From Daphnia carinata (Eukaryota): a DNA stretch of 64,000 nt. The position numbers were made by a program, and so were the translations under genes. The notes below the pieces were generated by a model. The model did no database searches and was not told the origin of the DNA. It saw only the letters and a program-made list of their open reading frames with translations. This document shows, piece by piece, positions 52,901 to 64,000 of the stretch; the stretch's first letter is position 1, and every line of letters begins with the position of its first letter. Location of the stretch: assembly GCF_022539665.2 (NCBI RefSeq), contig NC_081331.1:10664001-10728000 (forward strand). Direction: 5' to 3'.

Positions 52901-55900
52901 TTTTCCTGCAGCCTATTACACATTTACTGTATAAAAAGTTAGTTCATTTCTTATCTATCTAAGTAAATCTGTGTTTCAAATTTTTAATTGACGTTCATAG
53001 ACGTGAAGCTAAGAATGTCTTAAATTTAGCTTAACGATATACGGTATATTGAGGTGATCTATTATAGTTGGAAAGGTAAACTCAATAAACATAAGAAATC
53101 TATTTAACTGCGTAGAGTTGATTTAGGCTAGATATTAGGGCTTTATTAGAAATGGCTGGCACCCTTCAGGCATTATTCCCCGAAGGCTCTTGCGTGTCCA
53201 GCACAACACCAGTTCATCAACAAGTTATTGGTTGGACGTGTTATTTGTCTTATATTGCTGTCATGTTATTTTTGTCTTTATCTAGGGATAAAAATATATG
53301 AAAACCTTTCCTTATAATGTCAATCAAATCCATCAAAAAGTGTTTATAATCAAATGATGGCTTTAGATATAAGAAATGCGCCGCTGTGCTCTAATGCCTT
53401 AACAATCCTAGATGCGAAAAGCTTGTAGATTTCCTAAGAGATGTATTCAGCTATACCTATTCATGATGCACAATTCTCGGCATATATTGGATCAATGTCT
53501 ACAATCTACTACCTTTTGATTGAAGCCTGTGTAAATAAATTACAAATGAAAACCAATTTATGCTACGTTTGATTTATTTGTGTTCAATCCATTATGTATA
53601 GGATTCCACGTAAAATATACAATTACTTTGAAAAGGATCAAATATATACGAAGCAACGCGGAAAAATAATTTTTATAAAAAATTTCAAACTCTATAAAAA
53701 GGGACGCCTATATAAATATTCATATCTCATCGATTTTTCTTCATCCCCCACATTCTATATATATAAGATGCAGTCATGTGAATGTGACATCTCCCTATGT
53801 CGGGTCTCTTTATATGTTCGCAATCGGCTCTATATAATTCGATCTAATATACACAAAACTCTACAGAAAAACTTTGACTCACCATGCAAATTCAGTTTCT
53901 TTCCCTCCATACATGCATGTATAGCTCAACATTTTTACAGCATATTTTACGCTGCGTTGTTGTCATTGATGTGCCTTCCATAGACACTTTACAAACCAGA
54001 TTGAATATCAAATTGAATTTACACAAATAAACGTAGAACGTTTTTTGTTTATAAAAATATCCAATGTTTTCTTATTATCTGTTGTGTTTATATCAGGATC
54101 CCTTAAGACTTTTGCTTCTCCCAAACGAGAAACACTGCGCCCTATTCCAACCGATTTCTTACCACATATAATAAAGACGTTAACTTTTATTCCATTATTG
54201 GCCAAACAACGTAATAATTCATTAAGGCAGCAGACATACGCCCTTGCATTGCGTTTTTTTTTAAGGAAAAACGCTGCAACGCCCTTCTTTTCCGAAAATG
54301 GTGTAACATGTAGATACAGAAACCAGTTTTTCCTTTTTGTTTCTAAACATTACGATTAAGGCAAAACTATCATTTTATCAGCATCATTTTATACTATATC
54401 AGCGAAGCATAATTATACGTGTATAACTACGTTTTGTCGATGTTTTGTTACTACCAAGATTATTTGGGCATCAGCATCCATTTGCAGACAACCCTCACCA
54501 TAAAGGGCGTTGACCGATTAAGTCCAAAAATTCAGGCCGAACAGATGGCGAGTTGCACTACATTTTCTGTTTTCGGATCACATTTTTTTTCATGTCATAC
54601 AACTTTCTATTCAATTTTTAAAAAAATAAACGTTAATTACAATCTTACAAGTTTAAGGAACGTAGTAATTGGACAACTCTTTTTCAGACATCAATATCTG
54701 ATCGTTATATTAGCCCATAATATTTGATAATGTTCTTTTGTATACGTAATAAATGATGTGCCAGACATCTGCTATGTGCAACACAATCAATGATCGGTCG
54801 AATTTATAGAAGCTCGTGTAATATAATAGCTAAAAAGTTGCCTGCTAGTATATCCATAGACGCTTGTGATGTGTATATCCATTTGAATAGAGTACAGATG
54901 AGTTCAATGGCAACGCAAAACAGAAAGGCAGTTGGGTAACACAGAGCACCTTTTGTGTAATACATCCAATTAAGTTGTACATTCAACGACCTGTATATAG
55001 AATCAGAAATTAGATGTTCTGGCAATAGCAGTACACATCGGCACAAAGTGCTACCTCTCCCTTAGGCCACATGCATAATAAAGGCACGAAAAGGTCATAG
55101 TCATCGTCTACATGAACAAGTTTATGTAACGAAAAATAAATTTTAAAAAAATAAAATAGGGTCAGGCGTCGTGTGTGGGATCGAAGTTCAGATCGTATAT
55201 TGAGGCACTGTCAAACATTAGGCAAAAAAATTATTGACAAAACGAAAAGTTAAAAATGCAAATTTTTGAACACCTCCCAAGTCTGCCCTGTATGGTTCAC
55301 ATGTAAATTTTTGGTTACTGCAAACCTCTTTAAGGTTACGGTAAAAATGCGGGGAATATTTTGCGACAGTAAAATGATATATGTACTTCTTTTGTTTGAT
55401 ACAACACGTTAAGTTTTAGGTTTCCTTTACGTTCAGCAGCAGAAAAAAGAAAATAGTGGCAATGCGTCTAGGTATCAAGTAACTATGCAGACAGAGCAAG
55501 ATGAGTCAGCATGTTAAACAAGTCGGGTACATTATATATACATAGGCCGTACAGTATATGAAGTCCTTAGACGTAAAATTTACCCAAACATTGTCCAAAT
55601 ACGTACCCTCCAGAAAAAATGATATTCAGAAAAATATTTAAATTTTTTCTCCCTCTTAAGTGTTTTCAAGGGTTGTTGGGGTGGGTAAGAAAGCTATAGC
55701 CTTGAATGGTATTTTTTTTTTTCAAAACAGAAATACACAGGGGAATTCAGTAGGTCGAAATGCAAATGAAAAAAGCAAACCCATCCCCCGTAATCTATAA
55801 AGGAAGGGGAACCTTCCCTATAAGTTAAAATGTAATTTTTGTATGCACGAAAGCAAAGGGCGATAATAATCATTACAGCCCATAATCATCTTAAAATTTA

Positions 55901-56136
55901 GCTCTCCATTGAAATATACTTTAACATAGGCCTAAACGTCGACGATTCCCCAATGGACAGCAACAACAAAATTTGTGCCAGTCACGCGAAAAAAAGTTAT
56001 CCACGACTGTGCCTATTCAAGTATAATATACAAATAACACGAAGGATTCATAAATCACCTTTTTAAAATAAGCCAACTTCTATACACTAGCAATTTAATT
56101 TGATTAATTATAACTGATAAACCATTTAAAATGTCA

Positions 56137-56152
56137 GCCACTAGAGGGCAGC
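56137..56152 (+). promoter_or_regulatory. CTCF-binding motif (candidate insulator)
   Basis: GCCACTAGAGGGCAGC matches the CTCF consensus CCASYAGRKGGCRS at every position, in an AT-rich context. Confidence 0.6.
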
Positions 56153-58165
56153 CTTACAGATTTTTATCAAGATTTATCCCTCGCTGAAATTTTAACCGAC
56201 TGTATGAAATGAAGACCATATCTTAATCTGTGTGGCAGCAAAGGTTAAATTTACGCAACCGAAATGGTAGAGATGTGGCAGTAGGAAATCTAAGCAAACT
56301 TTTACTGTTATAAATACGACCGTGCACGTAAAGCAATTTGACAACGATCGTTTCCACTGCAGCCATAGCACCAGCCAAATGTAATTTGTCTGGTGTACAT
56401 AAAATATCGACTGCGCTTGTTGGCTCGTTAACCTTTTATTGCTCATAGCGCTATCTATAGATAAATGGAACCGCCTCGATCCAAACACACGACTTGTTTT
56501 TTTTTTGTTTTTTTTTTAATACAATATTTATTTACTGCAAAACAGTGAAGAGTTTACGTAAGATTCACACTCAATGCGAGCAAGGAAGATGGAGTCTGAA
56601 TTTAGCGTCGCCTGCTTCAAAGTTTTAACAGTCGCCATATTTTTGCAGTGCATTAAAGAAAAGCTCTTGTGGTCAAAACCAATCTGATAATGCAGGGCTT
56701 TATTATCGTTTGGTTATGGATTTACATCCCCCAATAGACTTAAATGGATGCTTTGAGTAGCTGACACCCACGTAGCACTTTAGGTAAGTCGTTTTATGCA
56801 AAGGCACGAAGTTATTTCTCTGTCCCTAGTAAAACGTTTGAACACATAATCGTAAACTGCTCTGTTTGTACAGTATATGCCCAAAGGCTGCTTAAACTTT
56901 TCCTCTCAACAAATTTGTTTTTTCCTTGCATATTCATTTAGTCAACTTGTGTATATCTGGATGCAATTGATTCAACATCCTTTTCTCACGATCGAGCACG
57001 TACGTCCATAAAGAACAGACTGTTTTCTTTATCAGGCTCTACCTCCTCATCGTTTAGCTAAAACTACGCCTATGTATTTAAATCCAAATGAATTAAAGTA
57101 CCCGTATAAACATTTGGAATAGATCAAGTCACGTGTCGCGACTCGTTGATGAAGCTCCAACTCATTTGCGTTCCTGTCACAACATTTTCAACATAGTGTA
57201 GATACAGACCGAAAAAAAAGGGCGGGATTGCTCACGCTACCCCAACATCCTACCCTCTCCGACACGAAACTTTATGTCTGTTGCGGCCAAAAAAAGTTTT
57301 CTCCCCGCTTCACAGCATACGTATAATTACACGCGGGGGCCAGACATATAGGGGCCAGATACGTTCGTATGATAATATCCATAGTAGAGAATACAAATAA
57401 AACTTAAACTAGATTCAAGTCGTACGTATACATTCGTTCGTCTTTTGAAGATTTGCGTGTCTGCAAAAAAAATGTGTTCCAGACAGACAGCTATATATAG
57501 TATACTATATACTAGAAAAAACAAGCTATAGAGTGCATTGCACGAAAGGAACTATCAAACAGGGGGGTAGGAATAAAGGGGGGAATAAAAAGAGTCAATC
57601 CGCCGAGGCAGGGGCAGATCTTTTTAGCTGATGGGCGGTCTATAGTCTTTCCACTGACATAATAATGTCTCGTCTGACTGTCTCAGCCCTTCCAACCGGG
57701 TTGATTCACGCGTACTCCTCCCCCCCTCCTGATCAATTAGATCCGCAGCCACCGGCTTCCCCCCCGCCTGAACTTATTGAATTATTCATTAGAGGCTGCA
57801 CGCTCTTTTGCCCAAAGAGAGAGAGATATCCAAGTATATTTACAATATAAGCTGCTCATTCAACAGTGTGCTGCTTCCATTCTTTTGTGTATTCACATAG
57901 TCTCGTTTAAAGGCTCTCTCGGTGCAACGCCCCTTTGCTTTTTCTTCGTCTAAAGATAAGCAGTCTCAAGAGTTGGTTAACGGGTTTACCGATTCCCCCA
58001 CATTGCGTCTTAAATATATATATATTTCTTTTAATTCAATTTGGGCTGTGAGTAATTGACGGTTTTTCGTACATATAACTTTTAGCTTCTCCCAACGTCG
58101 ACTTGCATCGTCAAGATCACGATTTATAGACATGGCAGTCGCTTTTGTGTTTGTATAACTCACCC

Positions 58166-58180
58166 GTTACCCATGGCAAC
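58166..58180 (+). promoter_or_regulatory. RFX X-box upstream of CEP19
   Basis: GTTACCCATGGCAAC fits the X-box consensus GTNRCC(N0-3)RGYAAC, ~70 nt upstream of the ATG of a ciliary/centriolar gene. Confidence 0.8.
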
Positions 58181-58249
58181 CGCCGGGCTCGCCTGTTTAC
58201 AGTCAGCGTGAGTCACACACGAGGAAAGTATAAACGGGTATTCTCGTCA

Positions 58250-58771
58250 ATGATGGCGTCATCGGAACGTCAGTGGGTCGCTAGTAAAACGGTCGGTCGT
58301 GTTATCCATCCTAGAAAAATTGGACTGAGACTTGAACCTTTGAGTTTAATTCTACTTTACGAAGACGGAGTTAAGGTGAGAAAGAGATCTATGCCAATTA
58401 GGAGCCTCAAGGCAACAGCTGATCCGCGTTGTCGAGCTGAAGAATTCAAATTACGTCACATGACGTATTTGGCCAGTGTGCCTGCAGTGGTATTGACCAA
58501 ACTGATCTCTATCGCTCAGCAAGTGTTGATCGGACTGACCATCACAGAAGCGATAGATAAAGTATCAGAACATTTCACTGTTAATTACGAGCGTGACCTG
58601 AATACTGTTTCAGAATCGGAATTAAAACGGCAGAAAGAGCTCATGGAATTGACGTTCCTCAACAATGCCATCAACCCTTTAGATCCACGATTTGTATACG
58701 ATAAGCAAGTCACATTTCATCGACCCATTGGTCCGTCTGATTGGGATGAGGAAGAGAATGATGCAAATTAG
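58250..58771 (+). CDS. CEP19: Centrosomal protein of 19 kDa homologue, single coding exon (173 aa)
   Basis: The first in-frame ATG is at 58250 (the track's start at 58145 is TTG). Motifs KIGLRLEPLSLILLYE, RKRSMPIR, DLNTVSESELKRQKELMELTF and DPRFVYDKQVTF..SDWD match CEP19 (K.G.R..P..IILIYE, R.R.MPVR, DLNKL...EL...K..MD..F, DP.FVYD.EV.F, GWD). AATAAA at 58850-58855. Confidence 0.88.
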   Translation: MMASSERQWVASKTVGRVIHPRKIGLRLEPLSLILLYEDGVKVRKRSMPIRSLKATADPRCRAEEFKLRHMTYLASVPAVVLTKLISIAQQVLIGLTITEAIDKVSEHFTVNYERDLNTVSESELKRQKELMELTFLNNAINPLDPRFVYDKQVTFHRPIGPSDWDEEENDAN

Positions 58772-59038
58772 TTTTGCATGAACGGGCTCAGTGATCTGGC
58801 AACGGTGCCCAGAGATCATTCTAGTTACATGTCAAAACAATCAAGAACGAATAAAAAAAATCAATTGACCACGTCATCTCAATTTTATGACGGCAGCCTG
58901 GCGAAATAATTACAACGTAGTGTGTGTAAAATTCATCACAGTAAATACAACAGGTTTATTGCAAGACTAGTTCTATTTTAAAGTATTCAATTTTCAGTTC
59001 CAAACTTTTCGCAACCTACCTGGAAGCATTCCGAAAAA

Positions 59039-60518
59039 ATGGAGAGTAACAGCATCAATAATAAATCAAATTTGATCGCTACACCCTGTCCTCGGACGGA
59101 AGGTGATGGAATGGAAGCAATGGACAACCCGATTACCTCTGATGTCAAAAGTGCCTTTCCAACAATGGAAAGACTAAGCTTATTACCCCTAAAATCTTTG
59201 CCACCAGCAGAGAGAATCATCAGTCTGGTTCCCATAGCGAATCTTTCAGGAGTGAAACCCAAGAACTCCAATTCTGCTATGGAAAACAAGAAAGCCAAGT
59301 TTGTACCTTACGAGCCATACAAGGCAGCAGTCAAACCAATTGTTCCACACAAAAAGAAGATCAGCAAGAAAGAATTAACAGTTTCATTAGAGAATAATAT
59401 TCAAAGAACAAGGAAACAGAAGGATTTTGACCCCCATATCAGTGGTATGGTCTGTCAAGAATATTACGACAAAATTGTGAAAGAGAAAGAAGAACTGGAA
59501 GCACAGGTGGCAATTCAATCCAGGGTATGTATTATATTCTCACAGTTATGAAAATAATTCATCCTAAGCTCTTTTTCTATCCAGGTTAACGCAGAATTGA
59601 AGAGATTGCTTGTTGCAAGTGTTGGGGAAGATATGGAAGCCAGAGTTCATTTCTTGACAGAAGACAAGGTGAAGCTGGCTGATGACATTAGGCAATATGT
59701 GGAAAAAATAGCTTTAGATTTTGAGCAGAAAGAGAAACTATCTATTGAAGCCGATATATGGCGAAGCAAATTCTTGGCATCTAGGTATATTTTCTAATTT
59801 ACTTCTAATAATAATTTTTTGAGTTTTGTTACCTGTTAAAATTTAGCGTCATAATTGACGAACTAACCAAATGGAAAGCTGCCCTTTGCACCCGTAACAA
59901 TAACCTTCAGCTTTGTATTCAAGGGCTGCTAGACGAAATGAATTCCATTCAGAATCATCAAAATCAAACGTACAAGTATGATGAACTACCTATAACTATG
60001 ATTTTTTTTTTAAATTTCCTAAATATTATCCTTTTTTAAATTATTATTTCTTCTCCGCACCTAGTCGTTTGACGGCCTTAAATAATGCCTTTCATCCTGC
60101 TGGAACCTCGAGTCATAAGCCCCCGGAATTGGTGGCCTACGACGTGATCAAGGGAAGCGCGACCATATTGAAACTCGTTGAAAGCCTAACAAAACGTTTA
60201 TTGGGAACCTATACGCAAGTGAGAGGAGATGAAGAAGGAGCCCGTTCTATAACTCCTTCTATTGCAGCGAAACAGTCCCCTGCCCAGCTTGCAGCACGAG
60301 AGGTATGTTTTCTTCGCCTTTTCGTACTTACAGCGCACACAGCAACCAATCAATTAAATTTTCAGGTTTTGACGGAAGATCCGATTGGAACTTGCAAAAT
60401 GTCAGAATTAGCGAATGACCTCACAGCTCATCATGTGGCTGCGCTTGCCCGTCGCTCCATGAACAAATCGTTTTATACTTGCTGCGCCCATTGCACCGGA
60501 CAAGTTCACGTTATTTAA
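59039..60518 (+). CDS. BLZF1: Golgin-45 homologue; exons 59039-59524, 59585-59784, 59847-59975, 60065-60302, 60366-60518
   Basis: All four introns are GT-AG (60-89 nt) and preserve frame. Conserved golgin-45 motifs: R..GDGME, Q..VNAELKRLLVASVGED, LSIEADIWRSKFLAS.VIIDEL and C-terminal CCAHCTGQVHVI. Confidence 0.9.
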
Positions 60519-60571
60519 GACGCGACAACTTGTATTATTATCCTTTGTCAGTTTCGACTACTCTTTGAGAT

Positions 60572-60608
60572 TTTATTTAAATCAATCGATTATAAGCAAC
60601 ACATTAAA
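60572..60608. terminator. Opposed polyadenylation signals of TAF6 (AATAAA, minus, 60577-60572) and golgin-45 (ATTAAA, plus, 60603-60608)
   Basis: Both hexamers lie in the 119 nt between the two convergent stop codons. Confidence 0.55.
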
Positions 60609-60637
60609 GATACTTCATCGTTCCTCCTTTCTTCTCG

Positions 60638-63124
60638 TTAATCGTCGAGAATGGTGATATTTTCTGTCTTAATTACCATCGATGATTCCATTTTGACTTC
60701 TGGCGCCACTTCAGTGCCTTCCATTTTTATGGGTGCCTTATTTCCGACGTCCTAAGCAAGTTCAAATATTGACCGTTCCCAATGATTTTTAACGAAAAAA
60801 TGTCACGTTACCCGAACAATTTGGCTGCTGTTAACCATCACATACTTCGGTTGATTGGTCGTCATAACAGTCTGTTTATTGGCCTGTCCAGCGCCCGATA
60901 CTAACTTGACGACCTGGGTGGTTTGAGGAGCTGTCGCCTATGTATATCCACGTAGTACAATAAGGTGTAATTGGTTAGCTGGATCTAACTTTAGTAAAAA
61001 TACCTGAACTGGTGTTGATGGTCTGGAAGTTACAAACATGTATTTAGTAGGATTGCTAGCAGCGTTCGCGACAGCGCTAGTCTGATTCCGCGAAGTCGTT
61101 GCCGAGCCAGTGGCTCCGCCCATCACGATAGTGCCACGTCCAGCAGATAATCCCAGGCTGCCGGCTGTATAAAACAAAGAAATAAATGTAATGACACGTA
61201 AAATTTTATTCCGCGAAAAGACACTTTTACCTGCACCTGATGAAATCACACCCGAGGACGCTGTCGTTGTCGTAGTCTGCGATCTCGCCCTGTTTACGGC
61301 ACCGTGAAGTGCCGGACCAAGGTACCCGAATTCTTGACGATAGTCGTCAACGTTGTCGGGCGGCTGACGGGTTACTTTCAATATAGGTACCATGACTTTC
61401 TGTATATTACAATACGAAAAAAAACTATTGTAGAGGAACTTGGCATTAAATTGTTTGCTCTTCTCAAGGAACCTACAATCGTCAACTGTTTGATGTGAGA
61501 AGCCGCAATACGATCAGCATTTGCCTGGCCTGATCCATCCAAATAAAGTTCGATACGTTCACCTATCGCACGTATTTTCGGAATGATAAAGGCCTTGATA
61601 ACTTCCGTCCCTAGCTCCGATAGTCCTGCAATTAAAAGATAATGTTGGATTTGTTCGTCGGTGGAATTTATCTTTGAATATCAGCGTTACCAACAAGTGC
61701 GCCATAAAATGATGCTAATGGCATTTTGTCATTAGCTAATGCTCGGCAGAACAATCGGGTGACACGAGTCTGGCAATTATTTGTCGTGGTGTGGTAATTT
61801 TTGCAAATCTGTGCAATGAGGCGGGAGGAGAAGTCTCGCAAAGCCCAGTGATTGTCCACTTCTGGTCGAAGGCAAAGCTGTTTGCTAACCATGCAAGATG
61901 TGACTGCAGGAACAAGCTCGTGAAGCTATATTCAGCAAAGGCGAAAGCGAACAACAAGGATATAATCTTTGAAAGAAATAATGAAAGAAAGAAAAGCGAC
62001 TCACGTATTTTTCAAGGTAGAGTGTTTGATTGGAAAGCAACGCTTTAACCATGCGCATCAGGTAAATCAGAGGGGCGAGATTGTTTTGTACTACATTAAC
62101 ACGTACGCCTTCAGCGATAAAAGTACAAAGGCGGGGTAACATTTGATGTAATCCTGGATCTGAAGCCAAACTTTGGAAAGCTTCCTATTCATGGATAAAC
62201 AATATGGTAAGTATGGCTCGACACCTACAAATGAAAGAGTAAGCATGATTCTTTAGGCTTACGGCTCGTCTTGCTTCATCAGATCCCACACAAGCTTCGG
62301 TAATTTCTTTGTAGTATAATTGCTGTTCAACAGACAATTCATGGGCTGTAAGCTGTTTAACTTGGACAGTCTCTGTTTTGGGCTTCTTAATTGCTCTAAA
62401 ATCACAAATCAAACATGAGGTAACAATTGACATGGAAAAAAATTCCCCTATGTACGTGAGAGTTGTAGATTTTTTCTGGGTTTTGTCTCCAATTTTCGCT
62501 AGCTTAGACACAGGATCAGAGCTCTCCAGTCGCTGTTGATCTTTGGACAGTGATGGGGGATTTTCTGGAACTGCTGGCTGAATTCCATCAATACTGAGCC
62601 AATGAGCTAAAATATGACTTTGAATTAAGTATCAGATAATTTTGAAGCATATACTAATGCATACCTCTCAGGGCAACATCTAAAGGTAATTTTGGTAAGG
62701 GACCACCAATAATTTCTGCAATGTCAATTTCCTTATCCTCCAGGAAATGCAGTTCACGGCCTCCACCACTTGCAAAGCGAAATGGAATATGGTCTGCATT
62801 TGCAAATCCATACAGGGGCTTAACAATGGTACAAGACTCATAAGAACATCAGATTCAAAAGAAATGTTTTACTATTCTAGGGCTTACCTCAATATTTTTT
62901 ATTTTAAGTGCATGATCAATATCCATTGTGGAAAGCTTTTTCCTTTTCCCATGGTGCATAAACTTTGTGGCATCTTGTATGACTGTTTTCAGTCGAAAAT
63001 TTATTTCATCAGCTAACTCTTTAGCCGCCGAGTCTGAAAGACCGGCGACCCCCACACTCTCTGCCATCATCTTCATGGATTCAATCGGCAGATTAAGACT
63101 GCCAGCAGATTCGTATTCACTCAT
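60638..63124 (-). CDS. TAF6: TFIID subunit 6; exons 63124-62888, 62818-62665, 62606-62456, 62395-62263, 62184-62005, 61925-61691, 61625-61477, 61399-61231, 61164-61004, 60937-60812, 60751-60638
   Basis: H4-like histone fold ([11 protein letters not shown]...[30 protein letters not shown]), [59 protein letters not shown]. Ten GT-AG introns were traced in frame to TAA at 60640-60638. Confidence 0.95.
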
Positions 63125-64000
63125 TTTAAATTAATATGAATCTATCACTGCATAAATGGTACAAATATTTCACGTTATAGTTTTATCCACTTCTCGAATT
63201 CCAGCTTGTAAACACAATTTTTGACAGTAGGCCAATGCAACAATTTTTACGGATGCTCTAATTTTATTACTGCTAAAAAGATAATTTGACATACCGTTCG
63301 GGCTCGGTTTTTTGTTGATCGGTTTCAGACCAGAGATGTTTCAGACATCCAAAATAAAATACTGGTCTACTAAGAAATACTGGTGTACAACGAAGGAATA
63401 AAACGAAACTTTTCCGGAAACCAGCTTACTTTAACAAGATGATTCTTGACTGGTTTATTTCCCCGTCGCCCGTCGGTACATCTATATATCTATGCATCTA
63501 TCGAGTCAAGGTGACTTAAACTCTTTAGTCCAGCATAGTGAGGTAAAACAGCAATAAACCATATGGTCAACATTTGTTTATGCATGCTAGCGTAATCTTT
63601 ACTCTTCTTTTGCTTACCAGTTTGTATGACGCTATTTGCCTTTGCCAATTTCGAGGGACTTTCAGTATTCTATTTCCTTATCACGTCTAAGTCTGCAGAT
63701 TGTTTTTTTGTCTTTGCAGCTAGCATTATCCTCAATTCGACGAAATCCGTCGTTAAGTTCGCCATAGAAGCTTAATACCAAATGCGTTGCAATTTTATAT
63801 GCAACCCGCTTTCTAGAAAAGATGACAGCTTCCCAGCAAGTTATTTTCTATAGTCTCCATGAATATTTCACGTATCAACAACGAATATATAACCAAGACG
63901 AAAAATATGCGTGTTTGGATGCAAGACAATGCGATCAGGATAAAACAGTTTATTACTGTTTGCACCCGTAAAACCCTCTCTTCAATTTCCTTAACAGAAA

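Noticed and set aside
55160..55200. GGGATCGAA B-box-like motif suggesting a tRNA or SINE
   Set aside because: No cloverleaf stems or matching A-box could be built.
58145..58249. N-terminal extension of CEP19 in the ORF track
   Set aside because: It starts at TTG and spans the X-box/promoter; homology begins after the ATG at 58250.
63480..64000. Possible gene divergent from TAF6 (plus-strand donor ~63543, acceptor ~63620)
   Set aside because: No ORF or homology is visible within the window.

Overview
Eukaryotic, arthropod-like genomic DNA. The ~60-nt introns, dense homopolymer and microsatellite tracts and protein similarities are consistent with a Daphnia-like crustacean (inference only). 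The first ~43 kb is the 5' part of a large minus-strand muscleblind (mbl/MBNL) gene. It has three clearly recognisable coding exons (10098-9907, 4756-4583, 3033-2827), very long low-complexity introns including a ~620-nt (CA)n tract, and a probable non-coding 5' region reaching ~42.9 kb. Bases ~43-58 kb have no recognisable coding sequence but carry CTCF-like motifs. The last 6 kb is a compact cluster: an intronless CEP19 with an RFX X-box (+), a 5-exon golgin-45/BLZF1 (+) and an 11-exon TAF6 (-) whose 3' end converges on golgin-45. Nearly all other ORFs in the track are translations of simple repeats. No prokaryotic-type systems, tRNA/rRNA genes or transposase/RT ORFs were seen. The best leads are in mbl RNA processing: a circMbl-like start exon, a candidate in-frame microexon, a YGCY-flanked stop-codon acceptor, a candidate recursive splice site, a compact pseudoknot-like element and an extra Mbl-like N-terminal ORF at the left edge. 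All of these are sequence-based hypotheses that need transcript data.
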